Below, piece after piece: positions 20,260 through 30,677 of a DNA stretch of 64,000 nucleotides; the stretch's first letter is position 1; each line of letters begins with the position of its first letter. A program made the position numbers and the translations under genes. This DNA comes from an uncultured Methanoregulaceae archaeon (lineage in GTDB: Archaea > Halobacteriota > Methanomicrobia > Methanomicrobiales > Methanospirillaceae). A model generated the notes under the pieces. That model saw only the letters and a program-made list of their open reading frames with translations. It was not told where the DNA came from and made no database searches. The stretch covers positions 352,001 through 416,000 of the forward strand of contig CAWJAX010000002.1 in the NCBI GenBank assembly GCA_963841015.1, given 5' to 3'.

Positions 20260-20332
20260 ACCCCCGTAGTGTAGCGGTCAATCATGCAGGACTTTGGATC
20301 CGGCGACACCAGTTCGAATCTGGTCGGGGGTA
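20260..20332 (+). tRNA. tRNA-Gln (anticodon UUG)
   Basis: Acceptor ACCCCCG/CGGGGGT with archaeal A1-U72 pair; D arm GTGTAGCGGTCAATCATG; anticodon loop CT-TTG-GA; T arm ACCAG-TTCGAAT-CTGGT. One mismatch in the anticodon stem. Confidence 0.93.
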
Positions 20333-20656
20333 TTGAAAAGCAGGCACTGGTATTGTCACTCTTTTTGGACAAATTGATCAACAAAATGACTTATTGTTGT
20401 TTAAAAAAATCTTTTTTCGCGTTAAAATAAATGGTTGCCCGGACAGGGACACCTATGACACCAGTCAGGAACTCTCCTGGATTGGGACAGAATCATTATC
20501 CGGCAATCCCTTTTTTTAAATTTTGACCGACCACGAATGCCCACGCGACAGGCCCCTAATGCATCCCCATCTCCAGCGCACCCTCTTCTCTGTGCAAGTG
20601 TATATATACGGAATCATTCCCACATTATCAGAACATATTACCAGGAGCTTTTGATA

Positions 20657-21193
20657 GTGAAGTGGCTGTCTACTCTTGTGATAATGATCATCGTGACAGC
20701 TGTTATTGCAGCAGGTTGCGCTGACGAAGAAGATTCCGGCCCTGTGATGCCTGCAGCTGATGCTGCTCTACCGGGCCAGGTACTGATAGATATCGGTAAT
20801 GTGACCGGGAATGGTATACCCCGGGGTACGATCGATACCATCACCTTCACTCTCGGTCTTGTTCCTGGAGAGAAATCCGTTAATGTGGAGAATATCTCAA
20901 TTGTCTATGCTGATGCAATCCGGACCGAGAGCCTGGTTCCTGTCGAAGGTTTTTATGGTGATCCTCCGCCGGGCTCCTGGGGAATTCTGGAAGTTCAGAA
21001 CCAGGTGGGCACCCCAAACAACCGGCTCGAATTTGAGGAGCGGTTAGTCATCCGGATCAATCCCAAAGCACCGCTCGTTCCCCTGCAGTTTGTAACGATC
21101 ATCGTAAAACCCCCTTCAGGTACATCTCTGACTATCCGCAGGGTCTCTCCCCCAACCATAATCAAAGAGAATAATCTCCTTACCCCTGTCTAA
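20657..21193 (+). CDS. Lipoprotein with archaellin-like globular domain
   Basis: Hydrophobic N-terminus ending IAAGC; C-terminal NNRLEFEERLVIRI and IVKPPSGTSLTIRRVSP resemble the archaellin beta-domain. Confidence 0.6.
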   Translation: MKWLSTLVIMIIVTAVIAAGCADEEDSGPVMPAADAALPGQVLIDIGNVTGNGIPRGTIDTITFTLGLVPGEKSVNVENISIVYADAIRTESLVPVEGFYGDPPPGSWGILEVQNQVGTPNNRLEFEERLVIRINPKAPLVPLQFVTIIVKPPSGTSLTIRRVSPPTIIKENNLLTPV

Positions 21194-21505
21194 TCAGAAA
21201 AGTCTTTTCATTTGGCCTGACATAGGGATTGCGCCTGCTTCTTCGTTCCTTTAAATAGTTTTAAATTACCCTCTGTGATGTGGTATCAGCAGAAAGACGG
21301 ATTTTATTTTCCTTCTTGAATCTTTTAAGAAGAGCCACCGTTGATATCTTTACGTTTTTTTGAATGACGATACCCGGGCATCCTCGATACCTCCAGACCA
21401 GACTACATCAGACAATGTCCGGATGCTCTTTGCAGGTAGAATTTTGCCGGATATTGTTTTTCAATCGTATCTCTTTTATACCATCATGCTGAAGAACAGT
21501 GAATA

Positions 21506-22327
21506 ATGAAAACCATAAGTTTACGATTCCGCATCTACGTTTCAATCCTTGCTGCGGTACTTTTCATCGGCATGGTAGGGTTAATCGTCATCGAAAGTTT
21601 TTCCCCGCTGGATGCGTTTTATTTCCTGATCGTAACGATTGCAACCGTTGGTTATGGGGATCTCCACCCGGTTTCTCCTCTTGGAAAATTGCTGGTTATT
21701 GGAATTATTCTTGCCGGTGTCGGTTGTTTTGTCGGTGTTGTGGCTAACGCTATAGAATATATGATCGAGAAGCGGGAACACTCCAAGCGGATTGAGAAAC
21801 TGAACATGATCATCGGAACTTTTTATTCTGAAGTAGGAACAAAACTCCTTAAAAAGTTCAGCGCAATAGATCCGGGCATTCACCGAATCCAAGCCGCTCT
21901 GGTGGTATCCGATAACTGGTCGGATGATGATTTTAAAAAAGTACATGCTTTTCTCAAAGAGCATTCATTCCGGCTGAACAGTAGTGAGATCTCTTTGGAA
22001 GAACTGCACACTTTCCTCTCGCACTACAAGGGATTCCTGCTCACACTTCTCGAAAATCCCCAGCTGTTCGAGAACGACAGGTTTACTGATCTGCTTCAAG
22101 CAGTTTTTCATCTCGCTGAGGAACTGAACGCTCGTGAGCGCCTCATCGATCTCCCGAAAACGGACTATCTTCACCTTTCCAAAGATCTGACCCGGGTATA
22201 TAGCCAGCTCGTAATCGAATGGCTGGAATATATGCAGCATCTTAAGAAGAAATATCCCTATCTTTTCTCATTATCGATGAGAACAAATCCCTTTGATACA
22301 AACGCGTCAGTGATCATAAGAGAATGA
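21506..22327 (+). CDS. Potassium channel family protein (2TM)
   Basis: Selectivity filter TVGYGD between two TM helices. Confidence 0.9.
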   Translation: MKTISLRFRIYVSILAAVLFIGMVGLIVIESFSPLDAFYFLIVTIATVGYGDLHPVSPLGKLLVIGIILAGVGCFVGVVANAIEYMIEKREHSKRIEKLNMIIGTFYSEVGTKLLKKFSAIDPGIHRIQAALVVSDNWSDDDFKKVHAFLKEHSFRLNSSEISLEELHTFLSHYKGFLLTLLENPQLFENDRFTDLLQAVFHLAEELNARERLIDLPKTDYLHLSKDLTRVYSQLVIEWLEYMQHLKKKYPYLFSLSMRTNPFDTNASVIIRE

Positions 22328-22515
22328 CTGGTTGACGGTGCGTAAAAGTATACTCTCTCCTGCAAATCCTCAATAATGATATAAAAAAAGCATGATGTTT
22401 GGATAGTGGATTACATCAAAGGTAAATTGCGAAAACAATTTTGAGAAGAAAGTCAGGAAATTTTTCCGGAAAAATGATAAATCATGATGATTTCCGGGTC
22501 CTCACCTGGATTTTA

Positions 22516-24267
22516 CTAGACAATAACGAAATAGGCTATCAACGACAACAGGAATGCCAGGAGCAGCATTGCAAGGGAAAGCGGTGCAACAAATACGAGC
22601 ACTGCGTTTACCGTACTGGCAAGCTCGGAGATCCGGTTGGAGCCGAAAACAACAATGTGTTCACAGCGTGCGGTGCTCCCGGCAACCTCTGATGGTGCAA
22701 GATCATCGATAACTGTTTGTAACGCCTGCATCACAAATGGCAGGAACTCTGAGGCCGGAACATGCATTCCCACCGGATTTTTACCGGTGATAGTGTTCAC
22801 GACATGAGAGTCTGTGGTCATCACTTCGGCATTATCAACGACAGTCAGGATTTGTTCAAGCAACACCTCGCGTACTCCCTGCGCCATATTGTTGCCATCG
22901 ATGAGAACGTAGGCGGTGCGCTGCCCGTCAACCTCGGTAACCAGTACCTGTAACCCCAGATCCCCAAACCCCTGCTTTCTGCTGTACGGTAATAAAAGAT
23001 GAGCAACTCCTGTCCTGAATGGATACAGCGATGTTGTGCGGCATCTTTCCATCGCATCCAGCGAAACATGCTGGTACTCGGTTGCTGTCAGTGTTGCAAG
23101 GAGCACAGGTGAAGAAAGATCTGTCATGCAGTTATGCGCATCTACAACAGCAACATGTGGGAACCAGCGGTGTCCTTCTGCCATGATTGTCATCCCGATT
23201 GAAAAATCAACATCTTCAGTTCGTTGTGGGGAACGGGTGGTAACAAGCAGAACAGAGTCGCCAAGCCGCTGGTAGAGAACCTGCACGGAACCCTGGGTGA
23301 GGCGCTCTGACTTTCCCGCAAGACCGGAATAGGTAAGATCATTTTGCGATTTTTTCAGTGCATCGAGCACTTTGTCGATTTCTGTTTCTGATACAAGATT
23401 GAAGTCATGTGTGGCGCAACCATGCACGACAAGGGTTTCATCCTCAAAGTTATCGTGCAATACTTTGGGAAGATTACCCCCGCCGATTTCACCCAAAGGA
23501 CCGGGGTGCAGGTTGGGGACCGTGAAAATTATCGGCTTATTACTCGCCCTGCGGAAAAAAAAGCTCACTTGGGGAACAAATATCTCTTCCCCGATTTCCC
23601 GGAAGAAATCCTCCATTCGTTTGGAACCATCGGTCATATGAGCGATAAATGCATTGAGCAATGCAAGCCCGCGAATTTTAAATGCACGGTCGAGCGGACG
23701 TTCGAGCATCCAGATGAGAATTACAAATCCAAGACCGAAGACAACATGGAATACCAGCGCATAGATACCGAATGTTGGCGGGAAGAGGAGCATACCGGCA
23801 AGTATACCCACACCACTCTGGGTGAACGCCGGGATGAGCATACGGGGAATCCGGTAATCGGCTATTGCAACGAGAACGAGCAGCCGGAGGCCGAAGATAA
23901 AACCCAGCGAAATCGCGTAGAACAACGGGATGAAATTGACCGATAAAAGGAGTGGAATAAACGTGATGATAACAGCAAAAACCGTACAGGCGAGTGCGAG
24001 AAGTGCTGACCGGTTCCAGGTCATCGTTTTGCCGTTAAACTCGATGATTGGCTTTGTAAGGACAAGTGCAACAATGGCCGGGATAGTGAAAGCAAGCGTG
24101 CCGGAGAATGGCAGTGCTGAAAAAGGTAAAATCCCCCATGCTGGTACACCTGCCCCGTCGATCAGAAGACCAAGGATGATGATAAGAAAAAGTGAACGTT
24201 TCCATGAGGGGGCAGTGAAAATAAACCGGGAGATCTGCATGAATTTGACATCACTCCCCTGGTCCAT
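22516..24267 (-). CDS. DUF2070 family membrane protein
   Basis: Multi-TM N-half; HPGPLGEIGGGNLP, HGCATHDFN, DAHNC, DGNNM and TTDSH motifs. Confidence 0.85.
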   Translation of the reverse strand: MDQGSDVKFMQISRFIFTAPSWKRSLFLIIILGLLIDGAGVPAWGILPFSALPFSGTLAFTIPAIVALVLTKPIIEFNGKTMTWNRSALLALACTVFAVIITFIPLLLSVNFIPLFYAISLGFIFGLRLLVLVAIADYRIPRMLIPAFTQSGVGILAGMLLFPPTFGIYALVFHVVFGLGFVILIWMLERPLDRAFKIRGLALLNAFIAHMTDGSKRMEDFFREIGEEIFVPQVSFFFRRASNKPIIFTVPNLHPGPLGEIGGGNLPKVLHDNFEDETLVVHGCATHDFNLVSETEIDKVLDALKKSQNDLTYSGLAGKSERLTQGSVQVLYQRLGDSVLLVTTRSPQRTEDVDFSIGMTIMAEGHRWFPHVAVVDAHNCMTDLSSPVLLATLTATEYQHVSLDAMERCRTTSLYPFRTGVAHLLLPYSRKQGFGDLGLQVLVTEVDGQRTAYVLIDGNNMAQGVREVLLEQILTVVDNAEVMTTDSHVVNTITGKNPVGMHVPASEFLPFVMQALQTVIDDLAPSEVAGSTARCEHIVVFGSNRISELASTVNAVLVFVAPLSLAMLLLAFLLSLIAYFVIV

Positions 24268-24923
24268 CAGGTAAAACCCCCGAGAACTATCTCCTGGCGG
24301 TCAGGATACCTCTGGATTTTGCTGGTTGTGTAGGTGATGGGACGAGAATAAAACGGTGCGTTAAGAGCAAGTGTCTCGTATTCCCCACCTTCACCGGCAA
24401 GGTTGATGCGGTGGGTTGTTGCCACACGTTTTAATCTGTCGATAAGATCATCATTAAAATGTGCGCCCAGAAAGCGTTCATCCAGTCCGTCCGCAGCAGT
24501 GACAATGATTATCGCATCCATTCGTCGGGCTACTTCCTTGAGAAGCATTTCTGTATCCATATGCCAGAGCGGTGTGAAGAGTGATATCCCGAGTCGGTCA
24601 GTGATTGCCCTCACCCGCTCTGCCTGGTACACAGATGCAACTGCTCCTGCAATCAAGCCTTCTACCTCAAGTCCAACCAGTCCCGCTTCAAGATCAGCAA
24701 GCTCCTCTTCTTTGCGTCCGTGGGTAGGTATCTCTCTGTACTTCATACCGGCAACCTTGGCAATGGCAGCAACTGCATCGAGGTTTGCGGAGTGGAACAT
24801 ATACGAATCCCGGTTTTCTGGATGAACGGTGACCATAAATTCCACATCCTTTCCTGTATCAATTGCTTTCTGTACGGAAAGGATTGAGTCCTTTCCCCCA
24901 GAAGTAAGTGCTGCCCAGCTCAT
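24267..24923 (-). CDS. dph6: Diphthine-ammonia ligase (PP-loop ATPase)
   Basis: SGGKDS, SYMFH and GEGGEYET motifs. Confidence 0.88.
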   Translation of the reverse strand: MSWAALTSGGKDSILSVQKAIDTGKDVEFMVTVHPENRDSYMFHSANLDAVAAIAKVAGMKYREIPTHGRKEEELADLEAGLVGLEVEGLIAGAVASVYQAERVRAITDRLGISLFTPLWHMDTEMLLKEVARRMDAIIIVTAADGLDERFLGAHFNDDLIDRLKRVATTHRINLAGEGGEYETLALNAPFYSRPITYTTSKIQRYPDRQEIVLGGFT

Positions 24924-24925
24924 GA

Positions 24926-25825
24926 TCAGCCATTCCGGAAATTTGGTGAATCGAACGTACCGAAGTTATTCTCGTATCTCATTTGCATAGCGTTCCAGTC
25001 TGGCAGATGGGTCTGGCAACCGACATGTTCCACGACAAATGAAGCGGTGACTGTGCCTACCTTGCAACATGTCAGTGGTGGATATCCCTTTACAAACGCG
25101 GAAAGGAACCCGGCGCGGTACGAATCACCGGCACCAGTAGGATCGGCAAGGGTAACAGGAATAACCGGGATAAAGTGCTCGATACCGTCTGAATGAAGTG
25201 TGCTCCCGTCACTGCTCATGGTAAATACTGCAGTTTCGACCTGCCGGATGATCGAATCTTTTGTTGTGCCCAGTGTAGTGCACATCTGCCGAATCTCGTG
25301 CTGGTTGGCAAAAAGGATGTCTGTGTTAGAAAGGATAGTTTCCAGCTGTTCTTTGGTATACCAGAAAACATCCTGCCCGGGATCAAATGAGGTGAACTCA
25401 CTTCTCTCGGCAACCCGGCAATTGAATTCTGGATCTGCAGTTGCCATATGAACAAACGGAAGAGAAGGAGCTTCTGCATGGGCGAATGCTTTGGATGCAC
25501 CCCATTCAAAAAAAGTCATCTGGTCCCCGTTATCGTCTGTGAACATGAAAGCTGTGGGTGTATGAGCGTCGGGAACACTGAAGAACCGTTGATGGACCCC
25601 GATCCTGTTCATCCAGAGGTCATACTCGCTACCGGGGAAGTCACTGCCGATACAGGAAATGAGGGTAACCTGTTCACCTAATGTGGCAATTCCTGCTGCA
25701 ATATTTGCCGCTCCTCCACCAAAATAGATCTGCCGGTCAGAGATATGTGTTGAGCAATTCTTCGCTGGTAGATGAGGTACCCGTGAAATGTGATCAATAG
25801 CAGTGTGCCCGACAACAGAAATCAT
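24926..25825 (-). CDS. PfkB family carbohydrate/nucleoside kinase
   Basis: [13 protein letters not shown] and [12 protein letters not shown] motifs. Confidence 0.9.
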   Translation of the reverse strand: MISVVGHTAIDHISRVPHLPAKNCSTHISDRQIYFGGGAANIAAGIATLGEQVTLISCIGSDFPGSEYDLWMNRIGVHQRFFSVPDAHTPTAFMFTDDNGDQMTFFEWGASKAFAHAEAPSLPFVHMATADPEFNCRVAERSEFTSFDPGQDVFWYTKEQLETILSNTDILFANQHEIRQMCTTLGTTKDSIIRQVETAVFTMSSDGSTLHSDGIEHFIPVIPVTLADPTGAGDSYRAGFLSAFVKGYPPLTCCKVGTVTASFVVEHVGCQTHLPDWNAMQMRYENNFGTFDSPNFRNG

Positions 25826-26160
25826 AGTGCCTGCACTTCCAGTAGTTTCAGCGGCACATCTCTTAGCGCCTTTCCTACCACTGATTTTGCAATGCGCTCA
25901 GCATGTTCCGGTGATTCAGCCCGGAAAACTTTCATCTCAAGGACGAGTCCTACAAGGGCGGTGTCAGCAACGACAATCGCACTTGAAAGTGTCTCCTCAC
26001 AGTACGGGCAGGTGAGAAACCCTGCTTCAACTTCTACATATTTTGCTGCCGGGTTAAGCCGCTTTCCTGCTTCACTGATTGCAATTCCAATCGCATCGTC
26101 AAGTGATTTGACATCACGCAGGATCCACGCTGATTCCAGTGTCACTACATAATCAGGCAT
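25822..26160 (-). CDS. DUF555 (UPF0212) protein
   Basis: [29 protein letters not shown] and [12 protein letters not shown] motifs. Confidence 0.85.
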   Translation of the reverse strand: MPDYVVTLESAWILRDVKSLDDAIGIAISEAGKRLNPAAKYVEVEAGFLTCPYCEETLSSAIVVADTALVGLVLEMKVFRAESPEHAERIAKSVVGKALRDVPLKLLEVQAL

Positions 26161-26172
26161 ATTTTTCCCTCC

Positions 26173-26700
26173 TTACCAGATATCATGGTGCACGTGCCCT
26201 CCGGTATCCATCCGGCCGGTGAGCACGGCCGGGGGGTGTCCTTTCCCCACCGCAAGCAGTGCAATGGGCCGGATATGCTGGGGCAGAGCAAGTATCTCGC
26301 GAACTTCGTCATCATTAAAAGAACCTGTCCAGCAGGAATGCAGTTTCTTTGCATGGGCTGCAAGCATCATGTATGTGCAGGCAATTGTTGCGTCTTCCAA
26401 CCCGTACAGGATCCCACGCTCTCCGTAACGGGACATTGAGCGGACATAGTTTGCGCATACCGCAAAGATTGCACCCGCTTGCTCTACATGTTTCTGATCA
26501 AATGCAGCCTGGGCGAGTGCAGCCTTAACCTCTTCATCGGTAATGACAATCACGTCCCAGGATTCAAGGTTTCCGGCGCTCGGTGCCGCACTTGCACAGT
26601 TGAGGATATATTCAATCTCATCCTCTGTAAGTGGGTCACTTTCGTAGGTACGTACCGAAGAGCGACTGTTGAGAAAATCCAGAAACTCAGAGGATTCCAT
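26173..26700 (-). CDS. Nitroreductase family protein
   Basis: SRSSVRTY, APSAGNLESW and HSCWTGSF motifs; true start MESSEF at 26700. Confidence 0.9.
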   Translation of the reverse strand: MESSEFLDFLNSRSSVRTYESDPLTEDEIEYILNCASAAPSAGNLESWDVIVITDEEVKAALAQAAFDQKHVEQAGAIFAVCANYVRSMSRYGERGILYGLEDATIACTYMMLAAHAKKLHSCWTGSFNDDEVREILALPQHIRPIALLAVGKGHPPAVLTGRMDTGGHVHHDIW

Positions 26701-27052
26701 GTTTTTCAAGTACCTGCCATGCTTCCTGCGCCGGGGTTGTGGATGCGCTGATTGCAATGGCGATCTTTTCAGATGCCTGTTCGGGTTGATTACTTTCCAT
26801 GAGCGAGATTGCCACGTTGAGTGCATCGATCGCCTTTTTGAATTCTGCCTTTCCGGTACTGTGGGCAGCAAACTGGAGTTCACTCCTCACTGATTCCATC
26901 AGCATGAGAAGCATTCTTCGCCCCCCGGCACGCTCATTGTCAGTAAACCCTGTCAATGCGAGGCATAACTGGGACGTTATGATTAGTTCAGATTTTGCCC
27001 GTTCACCGAACTGATAACTCTTTACTGCGGTTCCAAGATCCATACTAACCAT
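26687..27052 (-). CDS. Conserved hypothetical helical protein
   Basis: Clean ORF overlapping the nitroreductase start; all-helical composition. Confidence 0.7.
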   Translation of the reverse strand: MVSMDLGTAVKSYQFGERAKSELIITSQLCLALTGFTDNERAGGRRMLLMLMESVRSELQFAAHSTGKAEFKKAIDALNVAISLMESNQPEQASEKIAIAISASTTPAQEAWQVLEKHGIL

Positions 27053-27186
27053 AGATGTTGCCAATAAAAGATAATTAGTATTGGGAGCAGGAATCCTCCA
27101 TACTACCTTAAAAGCGATAAAAAACCAGCCGGGTTGGGTTGACCCCTGTTAAATGTTAGATTATGGATGATATCCTGTTTCAAAGA

Positions 27187-27513
27187 TTATCGTGTGGCCT
27201 TTGCCTTCGCACCAAGAGCGGAGACCTTTGCCCTGCGCATGCGTCTGCGGATGAGCGGACTCGCCGTGGACTCGTTTAAACCGGATCCCCCGGATCTGTC
27301 GCCCCCACGTCTTCCCCCGCGCTTGCCTCCGCGTGCCCCGCCCCGACCTTGTGCTGCTTCATCCATGGCGTTAACTTTTTTCATGTTCACGCCTGCTTTG
27401 AATCGCTGGTTCGGGCCCGGTGTTTTGAGATCGCCTTCACTTTTTGGTACAAGGCGAATCTGTCCCTTCACGCCTTTTACCTGTGCCCAGATGGTTGTGC
27501 CTGTTTTACCCAT
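27187..27513 (-). CDS. DUF5350-like small basic protein with RGG-rich insert
   Basis: MGKTGTTIWAQVKGVKGQIRLVP and PGPNQRFK motifs; GGAG RBS. Confidence 0.75.
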   Translation of the reverse strand: MGKTGTTIWAQVKGVKGQIRLVPKSEGDLKTPGPNQRFKAGVNMKKVNAMDEAAQGRGGARGGKRGGRRGGDRSGGSGLNESTASPLIRRRMRRAKVSALGAKAKATR

Positions 27514-27596
27514 ACTTAAACTCCTTATCTAATTCTGCTGCCCCACTCATAAATGTTCGCGCCTGGTATTCATGGGATGTGGATCCAGGAAAAAAA

Positions 27597-29450
27597 TTAC
27601 GGTTTTTTTGCCGCAAGTATTGCAGAAATTTCCTTTTTGAGGGTTTCGCTTACCACTTTTCCGTCAACAGATCCTCTTACTTCACTCATTACCACACCCA
27701 TAAGCGGACCAAGCGCGGCTTGTCCTTTCTGGAGTACAAAATCTGAACGTTCTGTAGTGATCTTGTGTATAATTGATTCGAGATCCTGCCGGGAGATAGC
27801 GGGAGCAAGCTTCTGGAGAACTTCATCAATTGAATCTCCGGATGCAAGTCCTCTGAAGAGATCAGGTATAGCCTCTTTTGCTGCCCTGCCGCTTTCTACG
27901 GCGTGCCATGTTGCAAGATAATCTTCATCGGATATCTTGCCCATATCCACACCTTCCCGCCGGAGTTCAGTAGATGTCGAAAGGATTGTAAATACTGCAA
28001 GTTTGGGTTTTATTCCCTCTGCTACGGCACGTTCGAACAGAGGGAGTTTTTCTGATAAAGCCAGTTGGGTAGCGTAATTACGATCAATTGCATACTTCTG
28101 TTCGTAACGTTGTGCTTTTGCGGACAGCAGCTCGGGAACTGTTATCGTATTCAGGAGAACATCATCAATAATCACCGGGAGCACATCGGTCTCGGGATAC
28201 ATACGCGCTGCGCCGGGAAGCGGCCGCATGTAGGCAGAGCTGCCGGTTTCAAGCATTTTCCGTGTCTCTTCAGGAACCGGCTTGTCCGAAAGTGCAATCC
28301 GTGCGCGGATGATGACCTGGTTTACTGCACAGGCTGCCTGGGTATCGCTCACCGCTGCAACAATCACCACACAGTCATGGATATCCGCGTTCATATATGT
28401 CCGCAATCGGGCGACCTCTTCTGCAGTGATCCCATATGCGGGAAGTTCATCGGTATGAAAAATCCCCCCGACCCCGCATTTTTTTGCGTAGTCGGACATT
28501 TCGCTGCCGAGACGACGGTCCGGTTGGATCTCGCGACCTGCCAGGCCGGCAAAACCTTCAAGGCGTACAGCATAGATTCGTTTCGCCTTTTTCAGCACGG
28601 TGGATTTAGTTTCTTTGAAGATTTCAGTAACATTCTGTGCATTTTCGTTGACAGATGATTTTTTCTGCAGGAGTTCGTTCCTGATTGCGAGGAGATTTTG
28701 CTGCCTCTGCACTTCACGCCTGACAACTTCTGCGATCAGTTCGAGCTCCTGGACACCTTTGATCTCGACACGTGCTCCGCCACGAATTGATATATTCACA
28801 TCCTGACGGATCGTGCCAATACCCCGTTTTACCTTACCGGTTGAACGGAGGACCATACCAATGTACTCGGCTACTTCCTGCACCTCTTCTGGTGTGTGCA
28901 TACACGGAGAGGTAGTGATCTCAACGAGCGGGATTCCCAGCCGATCAAGAGAAAAAAAATCATCCTTGACCCGTTGGGCGGCCTCTTCTTCAAGGCAAAT
29001 CGTCTCGATCTCACCCCCTTTGGGTAGTGCCCCGTTCAGGGCAACCAGCGCTGTACGCTGGAACCCGCTGGTGTTCGATCCATCAATAACGAGCTTGCGC
29101 ATCGTATGCACTTGCCGGACTGGTGTCATGCCAAACATTTTTGCAATTGTAAGGCAGACGGAAAGTGCCTCATCATTCATCGGCGCTGGTGGCTCCTCAT
29201 CGTTTTCCACAAGGCAGGTAGTATCATAGGTATAATAGTGGAATTCCCGATCACGCTTCATCTCTTCCTGGGCAGCGCGATCGATCTCTCCCATCTCACT
29301 CTCAGTGACCCTGAGGTAGCGGAAGAATTCACCCGAATGGTCACCGCTGTCGCGAAGGAGCGTCTGGCAGTGGCAGAACAGTTTTTCCTTTGTATTCAGC
29401 TGCTGGTGGATTTCAATCCCGGCTGTAAGTCCTGCTGCTTTATAATCCAT
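27597..29450 (-). CDS. gatE: Glu-tRNA(Gln) amidotransferase subunit E
   Basis: MDYKAAGLTAGIEIHQQL, DGSNTSGFQRT, LDRLGIPLVEI and RPLPGAARMYPETD motifs. Confidence 0.95.
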   Translation of the reverse strand: MDYKAAGLTAGIEIHQQLNTKEKLFCHCQTLLRDSGDHSGEFFRYLRVTESEMGEIDRAAQEEMKRDREFHYYTYDTTCLVENDEEPPAPMNDEALSVCLTIAKMFGMTPVRQVHTMRKLVIDGSNTSGFQRTALVALNGALPKGGEIETICLEEEAAQRVKDDFFSLDRLGIPLVEITTSPCMHTPEEVQEVAEYIGMVLRSTGKVKRGIGTIRQDVNISIRGGARVEIKGVQELELIAEVVRREVQRQQNLLAIRNELLQKKSSVNENAQNVTEIFKETKSTVLKKAKRIYAVRLEGFAGLAGREIQPDRRLGSEMSDYAKKCGVGGIFHTDELPAYGITAEEVARLRTYMNADIHDCVVIVAAVSDTQAACAVNQVIIRARIALSDKPVPEETRKMLETGSSAYMRPLPGAARMYPETDVLPVIIDDVLLNTITVPELLSAKAQRYEQKYAIDRNYATQLALSEKLPLFERAVAEGIKPKLAVFTILSTSTELRREGVDMGKISDEDYLATWHAVESGRAAKEAIPDLFRGLASGDSIDEVLQKLAPAISRQDLESIIHKITTERSDFVLQKGQAALGPLMGVVMSEVRGSVDGKVVSETLKKEISAILAAKKP

Positions 29451-30677
29451 GAGTGCTTCTCCGGTTGCATTCACCTTTGAGATCTGCCTGCATATGCTCA
29501 GCAGCTTTTCCGGATCCCGCTCGTTCCCCAGTACCCACATCAGTTTCACGAGTGCTACTTCGGGAAGCATATCCCCGCCTTCGATGACGCCAGCCGATAG
29601 CAGGTCACGCCCGGTATCATAGACCCTGTCGCAGACCCTTCCCTTCATGCACTGGGTGGTCATCACCACTACCGTGCCTCCTTTAATGAGTTTTTGCAGG
29701 GAAGGGATAAGTGTGGTACTGACATGCCCGAGTCCTGTACCTGCGAGGACAAGGCCTTTGTAGCCCTCGTACGACTTAAGCAGGTCAGGAGACATCCCCG
29801 GGAAGAACTGGACTAGCCCGCAGTGTTTTTCCAGTTTGTCGTGAAGGGCGAGTGTCTGGCTCCCCCGGTGCACTGCATGACTTTTGAGGGCAACTTCGCG
29901 GGATGGATAGGCCACAAAGCCGAGGGGGTCAATCCCTATACTACGGAACGCATCACGACGTGAAGAGTGCATCTTGCGTACACGCGTTCCCCGGTGAATT
30001 GCGCATTTGTCATCGTTTGTAGTGGCATGCATTACCACCGCAACCTCACCAAGATCGCAGGTTGCTGCGCTGGCGGCGCATACCGCATTCATCGCATTAT
30101 CACTGGATGGCCGGTCAGCGGATCGTTGTGATCCAACAAAAACAACAGGCACTGGAGTGTCGATCATGAAACTGAGTGCTGCTGCACTATACGCCATTGT
30201 GTCGGTACCATGGGTGATGATAACACCGGTAACCCCGTTTTTAATCTCTTTATAAACAGCACGGGCAAGTTCCTGCCAGATCACCGGTGTCATATTCTCA
30301 GAGAGTATGGTAGCAAGGGGAATTGTCCGGTATTGTGCAACCTTTGCCAGTTCAGGGATTGCCACAAGAATTTCACCTGCATCGAACTGGCTGGTGACTG
30401 ACCCGGTCCGGTAATCGATCCTGCTTGCAATTGTGCCGCCGGTTGATACGATAGAAAGCACAGGGAGATCTTTTTTTTGCGGGACTTCAGTTTTCTTTGC
30501 AGATGATTCTGCAGGATGCCCGAAAAAAGTGCAGGAATCCGGATTCACGCCAATATTGTAGCCGGAATCCAGTTTCACTACTGCCATTCCGTCGCGTTCT
30601 GTGATGAAAATCCCTTTCCTGGTGGAACCTCCATATGTGCATACAACCACGTCCCCAGAAGTGAAATGCGGATTTAT
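29440..30677 (-). CDS. gatD: Glu-tRNA(Gln) amidotransferase subunit D (1-nt deletion near 29494 fuses it to gatE; start possibly ATA at 30677)
   Basis: KLDSGYNIG, STGGTIAS, HGTDT and SQRSADRPSSD motifs. Restoring one base gives the C-terminus MQADLKGECNRRSTHGL*. Confidence 0.92.

Noticed and set aside
16986-20332. Integrated provirus or island at tRNA-Gln
   Set aside because: No duplicated tRNA end was found, there are no viral, replication or conjugation genes, and the recombinase looks like chromosomal XerA.
27597-30650. Natural GatD-GatE fusion (1017-aa ORF)
   Set aside because: One restored base near 29494 gives a normal GatD C-terminus overlapping the gatE ATG, and the window has many similar indels.
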